From assembly GCA_002633005.1 (NCBI GenBank), contig NMRA01000234.1, forward strand, positions 369,535 through 433,534: a stretch of DNA of 64,000 bases, written 5' to 3'. A model generated the notes under the pieces. The model had not been told where the DNA came from. It did not search any database and saw only the letters and a program-made list of their open reading frames with translations. Within the stretch, counting starts at the first letter, position 1. Each line of letters begins with the position of its first letter. Shown here one piece after another: positions 53,261 through 64,000 of this stretch. The position numbers and the translations under genes were made by a program. The DNA is from Phoronis australis (lineage: Eukaryota > Animalia > Phoronida).

Positions 53261-56200
53261 ATGGTCAAAATAGCTGTGGTTGGTGCAGGGGCACCGGGCA
53301 TGTCTTCTGCCCTGTGCATCAAGCAGGCACTCCCTCAGGCTCATGTCACTGTAATTGCTGATAAGTTTAACAAAGACACCACGAGTTATAGTGCTGGTGG
53401 TAACTTTCGAGTGGCGTACATCCCTCATGAGCGATACAGGTAGTGTGTACACGTGCACCTGGCTAAGTACTGCACCCGCATCAATCACTACTATTGAATG
53501 AACTGACTTTAGTTATATGCTGGTTGTGTAATGGAGAGTTTGCAAATATTTAGTTTTTCCATTTAATCCTTAAATTTGTTTATTTACTAACTAATGATAA
53601 CTCCACACCGACTGTCACATAAGGTAATGACTATACATCTCGTAATTACTGTTTTAGACCAAAAGTTATTTTTTTGCTTTAGAATGCAATTTCCTTGTTG
53701 TTATTTCCATGGTATTACGGTAAAGTCGCGTGATTTTCGGACGGCCCGCCATTTTCGACCAAGAATAAATATTTCCGAAATGAGTTTTTCATAGTCCACG
53801 AAATTCATACAAGGTCCAAGAACTGTTTTTCAAAGATCCTCGAATTTCGGACATTGTCATAAACGCCGAATTTTGTCCGCGACTTTCGGACAAAGAAAAT
53901 TTTAGAAACGCTAATGTGGGATCGACGCAACTCCCGTGTCACTAAAGCGTTCAACGGATCTCTACAAGGCTTGAATCTGAGAATCGGTGTAACGGACTTT
54001 GACGGTAATTTTTACCTTGTCTTGACGATGTCACGACCGTTATTCGATTGTCTTGCATTTAGCTTGTGTTTGGCACTTTAGCTAGTGAAAAGAATCACCG
54101 AGTCCCGTATGACGAAAATTTCTGATGAAAATACAAATAGGAAATACACTGAAGACTGTAACTTTTCGTTGTAGCGTAACATGTGCTCTGGTTTAATTAG
54201 ACCGTGCTGTTCGACCTCCGACTGTGACGTTGAACTTGCACGCCTGACATCAACTTGCGTTTTTACGAAAGCAGTGTAGATAGTGAACAGCAGCAGCCGA
54301 ATGAGACGGAGCCAAAGTAAAGCTGATTACAAAACAAACATAATTAAGTCGCACACCACGTGAGCCCAACCGACGGAGGCTGCGTCGTGCACGGAAGGTT
54401 TTCATGCTTCCGTTCCTCGATCTTCAGTCGATTAAATATCGTCGGACAATAAGTTATGCTGCCACTTACCTGCATCCCAGCGAATGATTGAAATTTCGTG
54501 CAGCCGCTCTGGGCTTTTAATAATTTTGAATGGGACAGTTAGCAAGGAAATAATGTACACCCACGAAATTCGGACACTAGCGCGGAAATCCAAATTAGTG
54601 GAGGTCCGCCAAATTCGGACACCACAAAAATGATGTTTCGCGAGATTCGTCCAAGAATGAATTTTTTCTATTGGAATTAATTTTCAGTGTCCGAAAATCA
54701 CGCAACTTTACCGTATGCATTGTTTTATATTGTCAAGCTTTCCATTTCCTGACTGAGGCGGGGGTAGTGGTGGGGGTGTGGGGAACTACAATGTTAGTGA
54801 CAGCTTCATTGCTCATTATGTGGAATTTGTTGCTCAGTCAGCATGTGAAGTAGCAGACGGGCATCTACTGACTAATTCATGCTGATAGGAATGTATGCAT
54901 TCTGTTCTAAATGCAGTAACTGAAGTTTAAGTTTTGGAAAATCAATGTTGATTCAGTTGCTATTAAATTTGAAAGGTTTTTGGTTCGGTCAGTAATGCTT
55001 TGGTGTAGTGTAATAGTTCTATTTGATATTTTTATCTTCCTTCTTTGTACAGGCAATGGGTGCGGAACAGCTGGCGATTCTACTCCTCTGTTGCCTCTGG
55101 TCCTGAATGTAAACAGGCTGGCGTATCATTCAAGTCTGGCTATCACTTGTGCAATCAGTACCAGCCAGTAAGTAAATCTTGTGCAGGGGAATGTCAGAAG
55201 CATTTGCTGGTGCTCTCTTAGTTGTGCTCAGCCTCACCTTTCATTTACCTCGATAGCTCAACAGCTCGGGTGAACCAGCAAAATTTTCATGCACATTCGT
55301 AATCCAATAATACACTGTTTCAAAAGTCTGACTAGTTTTAAAACAATCAACTGTTATGTGCATTATTTTGTTTTCATTATGCGCCCACATCATGTGGGTG
55401 CATATTAATGTTATCTCTGTCTGGACTTGGGCGTCTGCTACATCTCCTAAATCCCTCACAGGATCTTGATGCGATATGGCACATGTGTTTCTATGAAGCT
55501 GCTAATGGATGATGACGAATTTCGGACCCATCTGATTTCTGATATGCCCCTTAGTGGCATTTTAAATTTTTTTTTTATGGTTGCCCCTGTATCTTCGCAT
55601 TTCTGTTGTTTGTATTGCCATCATCTCTGTCTGGGCTTAGGCGTCTGCTGCTTTAGCTCCTAAAAACTCCTTGCAGGTTGCTGATGAGATTTTCAGATGT
55701 GTTCCTATGATGCTGGTGACAAGTGACGACTAATTTCAGACCAAATTGACTACTGCTTTGTTCCCTAGTGGCATTTGTCATATCGTGTTTGATTTTAATT
55801 TCTATTTCTGTTGACAAAGGATCTTATTATATCCAAAAAATGATCCATTTTTGTTGTTTTATTTATGTATATTTTTTGAAAATGGAACACACATCATGCT
55901 GGTTTGATGAATAGCAAGTGCTAATATGTAGTAACAAATACGCATACAGTGCATGCTAATAGTTTTCATGCAAAATGACGTGGAAATCCCCATCATGGCG
56001 CTTGAGCGGAAGGTGAATTCATCCTCAGAGTAGTCGTCCTTCATGACAGAGAATGAAGGGGAATTGATGCAATTAATAGAAAAGGGGGCTTTGCCATTTT
56101 GTATTTTGAATTTTTCTGCCATAATAATCATGTACATTGTTGCTGTTAAAAAATAACCTGCCGTGATGTTGAAGAGGTGTTTTGCCTGATTACTTTTATC

Positions 56201-59200
56201 CCGTATCGTGGTGATGGAACTTGGCCAGTGAAAGAATTCTGTCCTAATATAATGACTGTAGACATCATTTTAGAGTTTGGTAAATAACATGATAAGACCA
56301 AGTTTATAACAGTAGGGACCTAAATCACAAGTTTTTTTGATAAAATGTATGGCTAGGCGTTTTACCCCTTTAACGGCTTTAACCAAACTGTAGGTGTTAA
56401 GTCTGCTGGTAGTCTTAAAAACAGACACTCTTGACACCGTGTTAAAACCAGATTTCCAGATTTTCCGAGATACATGGCCTCATTAAAAACATTAATTTTT
56501 TAGTTATTTTCATCCTCATATTGTAGAAATTTGAAGAATTTTTGAAGGATTTGCCTCACTGGCACAGACTTGACGAGAAAGAGCTCAGTTTGTTTCCTAA
56601 GAAGTACAAGTAAGCATATTTTAGCAATGTGTACTGTAATCTTGTTATTCTAACATGAAAAACCATGGTGGTGGAACATGGGCGGCCTTTTATGCAAAAA
56701 ACATCAAATTGTGTATTCAATTCCATTTAATGAACTCAATGCCAACTGCACAACAATTCAATCCTATCTTGAGCATTCAATGCTATTACATCAATTCAAT
56801 CCACACTTGTCCATTCCATATCCAATGCTGTAATGTGTATTCTAACCTGTTTTGTGAATTCATTGCTTTTAAATCGATTCTGTTTCGTCTATCATATCGT
56901 GTTGTGAATTCAATCCCGTTTCATGAATTCAATCCAGTTTTGTCGATTCTGTTTCGTCAATCCTAGCGGCCTATGGGCGAAACTAATAACTTCGTATATT
57001 CTATCCTGTCATGAATTCAATCCTATTTTGTCGATTATGTTTTGTCTATCCTAGCAGCCTGTAGACAAAACCAATGTGTCGCATGTGCGCATGCGTTTGA
57101 GTTTCCCTGTTGTCTGCGCTTTGCCTAACATCTGTCGTGACACTCGTCAGAAGCGAAGCAAGAGTTGTTTCTGACAATCTGTCACAGAGAACTGCTGTCA
57201 AATGTTATTCATCCTTTGACCGATGCAGTTGACCAGCTGCAAAATGTCAACAACCAGCCTGACACACAATCCCCGACCCAGCGGATTCTGGTCGCTACTT
57301 CAGTCGGCTCTGAGGAACACTACGACCTCGACGGTAAACTTAACATCAACTTTTTAAAAAAATTTATTATGAAATACCCAGTACAATAAATATACATACC
57401 CAGAAAGCACCAAGAGGCATTGTATCTGGGTTAAATATATACAAAGAAATCTAAATACAACTACACACAAATACATGAATTAAAAAACTGATGTTAAGAT
57501 TAGGCTGCAATGACATATGATTACGAATGTAAATAAATCATTTTCATACACAATACGTTATTTTACATGTATACATGTCAATTTTATCGACTCACACAGA
57601 GATTTAATATTAATTAATAAAAAGAAATTTTGATACCATTTCGAATAAAACCTTATTTTCACTTGGGTCAAGTTCTTTACTTCCATTTAGATAAAAATTA
57701 ATTTTGTTATACGCTTGAGGAACATCTGAATATTTTTTGTAAACATTGGGGTATTGTTCGAGTGTCTGGAAAAGCTCGTACCCTCTGCTCGCACATACTG
57801 TACAAGCAAAGAAAAATAACTAAGATGCGAAACCCACCAGTGCCTCCGGCTCCGCCGTTGTTTCATTCACTGCATGTGCACCTGGCAACAGGATAAGTAC
57901 GTGTGTGTTTCCAGTTCTATTTGTGATATTGTTCGTGTTAAGTTTTATCACATCAGTTTAAAAACACTCACTGGTAGATTGCAAGCAAGAAGTGTCATAC
58001 CGGTAAATCAGACGGGAAGTTTTTGCCTATAAAAAAGGATTTACTCCGGGGTGTCTTCGCTAAATTAAAGTATATGTGTTAGTCTCTGCCTTCTTACAAA
58101 TGCACATTATTCGCACGTAACAAGGCCGAAACCACATCTTCTATCCCTGAAACATCCAACATTCTCTGATCAAGCAAATACTGCAACCTATACAAGAAGT
58201 CGTCATTGAACTGTTGCGTTTCTCGAAGATATGTTCTAAAAGTTTCTTCCAGCTGGAGGTTATCGCCAAAGAGCACATGTCCTTACCCATGCATGCACAT
58301 GCGCACAAGCGATGTATTAGTTGAGTCATTAGGCTGCCAGGATTGAGAAACAGAATCGACGAAACCGGATTGAATTCGATGAAACGGGATTGAATTCAGA
58401 CAACACGGTAGGATACACGAAACAGAATCAATTAAACAGCATTGAATTTAGTAAACAGGATAGAATATACAAAACAGCATAGAGTTCACGATGTTGAATC
58501 AACGTGTGTGGATTGAATTGATGTAATAGCATTGAATATACAAGATAGGATTGAAATGTCCCATCGAGTTCATTAAATGGAATCGAATATGCACTTTAAT
58601 GTTTTTTTGCAGAAATGGCTGCCCATAAAAAACCATGGTGGTGGTTGACCTCTTACTAAATATTTATCAGTNNNNNNNNNNNNNNNNNNNNNNNNNNNNN
58701 NNNNNNNNNNNNNNNNNNNNNNNNNNNNNNNNNNNNNNNNNNNNNNNNNNNNNNNNNNNNNNNNNNNNNNNNNNNNNNNNNNNNNNNNNNNNNNNNNNNN
58801 NNNNNNNNNNNNNNNNNNNNNNNNNNNNNNNNNNNNNNNNNNNNNNNNNNNNNNNNNNNNNNNNNNNNNNNNNNNNNNNNNNNNNNNNNNNNNNNNNNNN
58901 NNNNNNNNNNNNNNNNNNNNNNCAAGTGCTAATATGTAGTAACAAATACGCATACAGTGCATGCTAATAGTTTTCATGCAAAATGACGTGAAAATCCCCA
59001 TCATGGCGCTTGAGCGGAAGGTGAATTCATCCTCAGAGTAGTCGTCCTTCATGACAGAGAATGAAGGGGAATTGATGCAATTAATAGAAAAGGTGGCTTT
59101 GCCATTTTGTATTTTGAATTTTGCTGCCATAATAATCATGTACATTGTTGCTGTTAAAAAATAACCTGTCATGATATGGAAGAGGTGTTTTGCCTGATTA

Positions 59201-62200
59201 CTTTTATCCCGTATCGTGTTGATGGAACTTGGCCAGTGAAGGTATTCTGTCCTAATATAATGACTGTAGACACAGTGGCGGATCTAGGATATCACAAGGG
59301 GGGGGCCCAACATTTTGTCCGGCTGTAAGCATTTGCGCAAACTGAACCAAGATTGTAGATAAGCATTGCACCTCTAAAGATCAAGCATTTTCCTTGATTC
59401 CTGAAGTATTATCCAAGAAAAAAAGGAAAAAACAGAACACGGAGAACGTGTCAAACAGGAAAAACTGAACGAACCAAAGACTCGAACTCACAACCTGGCG
59501 GCTAGAGAGCGCGTGCGTTACCACTACACCACCACGATGGAACTGCAAACTTCATACTAAAAGACCTACTTATTTATGGTCCACAGCGTTTGCGCGCGAA
59601 ACCTACTTCTTTTCGTAATGCTTATTACACGTTTTATATTTTGTGCCATCAATTGTTAACAAATTTGTCGTATTTAAAATAGTCTTCAAATGCCCAAAAG
59701 ACCAAATCCGTTTTTCGTGTTGGCAATAATAACGGGATTGCTTTGGAAATCGTCTTAAGATAAGGTTTGACAAAGAGAGTATTGCGAGTTTCTGAGTGAT
59801 TCACTTAGGCTTCGATTAAAATTCACATCTTACCAGCAGCTTCTGTTTTTTCATCGTCACTCAGGTTCCATTCTCTTTAAAAAATGAAGTAAATTTTCTT
59901 CATTGCACAGTGGAGCAGACGACGAAAACGGAGTCGTAGTGCGCAGCGCCACTGCCGGTCGCCTGGGATATCGCGGGAGAGCCTATACTTAGCCATAGCT
60001 CCGTTACGAATACGCCGTGTTCCGAATTTGACAGTTGAAATTGGGTTTGAGCCCCCCCCCCCAAACACTAAAACTGCACACATTTAAATCTTCTTTTCAT
60101 CCGTATAATTTTAATTACCGGGGTTAATTAATAAACTCACCATTTCCCTACGCTCTTACTGTTTTATTTTTTTTGCGGCAGCCAAGGGGGGGGGGGGGCC
60201 CGGGCCCCCTGGCCCCCCCCTAAATCCGCCTATGAGACATCATTTTAGAGTTTGATAAGTAACAAGATAAGACCAAGTTTATAACAGTCGGGACCTAAAT
60301 CACAATTTTTTTTTGATAAAATGTATGGCTTTTTACCCCTTTAACCAAACTGTAGGTGTTAAGTCTGCTGGTAGTCTTAAAAACAGATACTCTTGACACC
60401 GTATTAAAACCAGATTTCCAGATTTTCCAAGATACATGGCCTCATTAAAAACATTAATTTTTAGTTATTTTCATCCTCATATTGTAGAAATTTGAAGAAG
60501 TTTTGAAGGAAATCCCTCACTGGCACAGACTCGACGAGAAAGAGCTCAGTTTGTTTCCTAAGAAGTACAAGTAAGCATATTTTAGCAATGTGTACTGTAA
60601 TCTTGTTATTCTAACATGAAAAACCATGATGGTGGAACATGGGCGGCCTTTTATGCAAAAAACATCAAATTGTGTATTCAATTCCATTTAATGAACTCAA
60701 TGCCAACTGAACAACAATTCAATCCTATCTTGAGCATTCAATGCTATTACATCAATTCAATCCACACTTGTCCATTCCATATCCAATGCTGTAATGTGTA
60801 TTCTAACCTGTTTTGTGAATTCATTGCTTTTAAATCGATTCTGTTTTGTCTATCATATCGTGTTGTGAATTCAATCCCGTTTCATGAATTCAATCCAGTT
60901 TTGTCGATTCTGTTTCGTCAATCCTAGCGGCCTGTGGGCGAAACTAATAACTTCGTGTATTCTATCCTGTCATGAATTCAATCCTATTTTGTCGATTATG
61001 TTTTGTCTATCCTAGCAGCCTGTAGACAAAACCAATGTGTCGCATGTGCGCATGCGTTTGAGTTTCCCTGTTGTATGCGCTTTGCCTAACGTCTGCCGTG
61101 ACACTCGTCAGAAGCGAAGCAAAAGTTGTTTCTGACAATCTGTCACAGAGAACTGCTGTCAAATGTTATTCGTCTTTTGACCGATGCAGTTGACCAGCTG
61201 CAAAATGTCAACAACCAGCCTGACACACAATCCCCGACCCAGCGGATTCTGGTCGCTACTTCAATCGGCTCTGAGGAACACTACGACACCGATGGTAAAC
61301 TTAGCATCAACTTTTTAAAAAAATTTATTATGAAACACCCAGAAAGCGCCTAGAGGTATTGTATCTGGGTTAAATATATACAAAGAAATCTAAACACAAC
61401 TACACACAAATACATAAATTAAATAGCTGATGTTAAGATTAGGCTGCAATGACATATGATTACGAATGTAAATAAATCATTTTCATACACAATACGTTAT
61501 TTTACATGTATACATGTCAATTTTATTGACTCACACGAAGAGATTTAATATTAAAAAGAAATTTTGATACCATTTCGAATAAAACCTTATTTTCACTTGG
61601 GTCAAGTTCTTTACTTCCATTTAGATAAAAATCAATTTTGTTATGCACTTGAGGAACATCTGAATATTTTTTGTAAACATTGGGGTATTGTTCGAGTGTC
61701 TGGAAAAGCTCGTACCCTCTGCTCGCACATACCGTACAAGCAAAGAAAAATAACTAAGATGCGAAACCCACCAGTGCCTCCGGCTCCGCCGTTGTTTCAT
61801 TCACTGCATGTGCACTTGGCAACGGGATAAGTACGTGTGTGTTTCCAGTTCTATTTGTAATATTGTTCATGTTAATTTTTATCACATCAGTTTAAAAACA
61901 CTCACTGGTAGATTGCAGGTAAGAAGTGTCATACCGGTAAATCAGACGGGAATTTTTTGCCTATAAAACGGGATTTACTCCGGGGTGTCTTTGCTAAATT
62001 AAAGTATATGTGTTAGTCTCTTCCTACTTACAAACGCACATTATTCTCACGTAACAAGGCCGAAACCACATCTTCTATCCCTGAAACATCCAACATTCTC
62101 TGATCAAGCAAATACTGCAACCTATACAAGAAGTCGTCATTGAACTGTTGCGTTTCTCGAAGATATGTTCTAAAAGTTTCTTCCAGCTGGAGGTTATCGC

Positions 62201-63821
62201 CAAAGAGCACATGTCCTTACCCATGCATGCACATGCGCACAAGCAATGTATTAGTTGTCATTAGGCTGCCAGGATTGATGAAACAGAATCGACGAAACCG
62301 GATTGAATTCGATGAAACGGCATTGAATTCAGACAACACGGTAGGATACACGAAACAGAATCAATTAAACAGCATTGAATTTAGTAAACAGGATAGAATA
62401 TACAAAACAGCATAGAGTTCACGATGTTGAATCAACGAGTGTAGATTGAATTGATGTAATAGCATTGAATATACAAGATAGGATTGAAATGTCCCATCGA
62501 GTTCATTAAATGGAATCGAATATGTACTTTAATGTTTTTTTGCAGAAATGGCTGCCCATAAAAAACCATGGTGGTGGTTGACCTCTTACTAAATATTTAT
62601 CAGTTCAAGAAAAGATAAAAAAACTTCCCTTGTTTGATTATCCCTAAGTGTTTGGTACACCTCTTACAAAATGACTCGCGCATGACTCGCAAAGTTCAGT
62701 AAATGTAACTTTTGAACTTAATTAACCTGAGACTACACTTCTATACCAAAGCTGTTTTTACACGGGGAACAGTTGTCATGGTGCGAGTTGTCACGGTTCA
62801 ACTTGCTCCACTTTAGTCACATTAATTCAACATTAGATCACAAACTGGTGCAACATGAGTCAAGATTGTCTGCTTATGCTTGCATAAACTATACCGAATG
62901 TCCAAACCAGGTGGAATGTTAGCGAATCACCCGTAAACATGATATTGCTCAAATGTAACAGAGATGATCCCTTCCGTCTTGCCCCAGTTTGTGTTTAATT
63001 TAGCTGTGTATTTGAAACTGGAGTAACTGATGGAGTTCGACTTGCTCTAACCACTAAATCTGGTATCAACTTGCTCTGTGTCAGTTGTATTTACACATGT
63101 TCACACCTGTGCCTGATCGGCTGTTCTTAAGTTGCTCCGTGACAATTGTCTCCCGTGTAGATGTGGCTCAAATGATGTTCACGTAAGTCACCCCAATATT
63201 ACTTATTATTGACACAATATTAACCTGTCCTATATTGTCCTTATGGACTGTCCAGAGTTGGCAGGCAGGCAACTCTGGACGGCCAGAAAACTTCAATTCT
63301 TTCTGCTTGATTACTCTATTGTGCTTTAATCCGGCATCCTGAACAATTAAGACGTTTGATTTCTTTTCTTGCCCTGTTTGTGGAGTGAAAAAGTACTAGT
63401 AAGTGATAGTAGTGTGTCCTGTGTATACCGTAAACTCGCAGGTTAATGCCCTGGGCGCTTACATTGGGAAACCCTGAGATACGGGGGTGGGAGATTACCC
63501 AAGCAGTGGGCGCTTAAAATGAACAATTGGCTAAAAGTTGGGGGTGGGCGATTACCCAAGAGGTGGGTGCTTAGGTGAAATTTGCACAAAGTAGGGGATA
63601 GGCGATTACGTAAGCAGTGGGTGCTTAAACTGAAAATTGACGAAAAGTCGGGGATGGGCGATTACCCGGGCCTGGGCGTTAACCCGCGAGTTTACGGTAC
63701 TCCCTGAAGCCCCTATGTTTGCTTCACAATCATAATAGTGTTATGTCCTGTTCAGGTGTGGTTACTTCTACACTTCGTTGATAATTGAGTGCAAGTATCA
63801 CCTATCATGGCTGATGAAGAA
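53261..63821 (+). CDS. D-amino-acid oxidase / D-aspartate oxidase family gene, 5' part (continues beyond the window)
   Basis: Exons 53261-53439 (MVKIAVVGAGAPGMSSALCI...VTVIADKFNKDTTSYSAGG), 55053-55167 (QWVRNSWRFYSSVASGPECKQAGVSFKSGY), 56527-56609 or 60488-60570 (HRLDEKELSLFPKKY), 63756-63821 (CGYFYTSLIIECKYHLSWLMK). GT-AG, phases consistent, order matches DAO/DDO. DAO versus DDO not resolvable here. Confidence 0.88.
53718..54713. mobile_element. Tc1/pogo-like non-autonomous TIR element
   Basis: TA flanks. TIRs cggtaaagtcgcgtgattttcggac / gtccgaaaatcacgcaactttaccg. Internal ttcggac repeats. Confidence 0.8.
56527..56609 (+). CDS. Oxidase coding exon 3, copy A (KFEEFLKDLPHWHRLDEKELSLFPKKY)
   Basis: ttgtag| ... 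|gtaagc, 83 nt, phase 0 to 2. Bridges the flanking exons exactly. Confidence 0.85.
56677..58627. mobile_element. Long-TIR non-autonomous element (possibly IS3EU-like); second copy at 60638-62560
   Basis: Several hundred bp of imperfect TIR (catgggcggcc...aattccatttaatgaactc / gagttcattaaatggaatc...ggctgcccata) with gaattcaatcc subterminal repeats. Superfamily assignment is tentative. Confidence 0.7.
58672..58922. other. Assembly gap
   Basis: Run of N. Confidence 1.
59273..60234 (+). mobile_element. Non-autonomous TIR element with 5-bp TSD, present only in duplicate copy B
   Basis: agaca|cagtggcggatctagg ... cctaaatccgcctatg|agaca. The empty site gactgtagacatcatttt is seen in copy A (~56254). 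Confidence 0.9.
60488..60570 (+). CDS. Oxidase coding exon 3, copy B (KFEEVLKEIPHWHRLDEKELSLFPKKY)
   Basis: Same splice sites and 83-nt length as copy A, with three amino-acid differences. Confidence 0.8.
63428..63697. mobile_element. pogo/Tigger-like MITE
   Basis: TA flanks. TIRs ccgtaaactcgcaggttaatgccc / gggcgttaacccgcgagtttacgg. Internal ~57-bp gggcgattacc repeats. Confidence 0.8.
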
Positions 63822-64000
63822 GTAAGTAAAGTGTGTTTTAAGGATTTTTGATTAGGAGCTCTAGACACGCACTTTTGTGGATAGCCATGATTGCACCAAA
63901 GGGCAGTTTCAATAGAGCCTTATTGTACCTTGGTTGTAATGGGGTATTTCATTTCACACCTAGGATAGCTTAGCGTAGGTCATTCCAGTCACTATGTAGC

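Larger units (their letters stand above)
55915..62604 (+). repeat. ~2.75-kb near-identical direct duplication (55915-58671 and 58923-62604) on either side of the N gap
   Basis: Copy A ends exactly at the gap and copy B starts exactly after it. Copy B has an extra 962-bp insertion. Confidence 0.92.

Noticed and set aside
55859-56230. Open frames in the duplicated intron (also 58923-59172)
   Set aside because: No recognisable domain or splice context. The long X-containing ORFs are gap artefacts.

Overview
Eukaryotic (metazoan, probably marine invertebrate; taxon is inference) genomic DNA with spliceosomal introns and many TE relics. Four host genes can be reconstructed by hand. (1) The long terminal exon (2143-4163, +) of a serine beta-lactamase-fold protein fused to five polyglycine-hydrolase-like (BTRD1) repeats. 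(2) A complete 6-exon SDR39U1 epimerase-family gene (16884-21512, +). (3) A complete AP-1 gamma-adaptin gene, AP1G1 (21 constitutive coding exons, 48384-24563, -, about 815 aa). (4) The 5' part of a D-amino-acid/D-aspartate oxidase-family gene (53261 onward, +), head-to-head with AP1G1. The rest is a dead RTEX-like LINE, a Kolobok-like element with a THAP relic, PIF/pogo-like MITEs, tRNA-SINE-like pieces and minisatellites. Two duplications abut assembly gaps. The best leads are a 15-nt microexon (DKGYE) in AP1G1 with neural-microexon splicing signals at the position of the vertebrate 9-nt microexon, the bacterial/fungal-type beta-lactamase+BTRD1 architecture in an animal, a duplicated 83-nt oxidase exon with clustered amino-acid changes (mutually exclusive exons or allelic artefact), and a TIR family with 5-bp TSDs that carries a tRNA-like Pol III cassette. 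All calls are manual readings and no searches were run.
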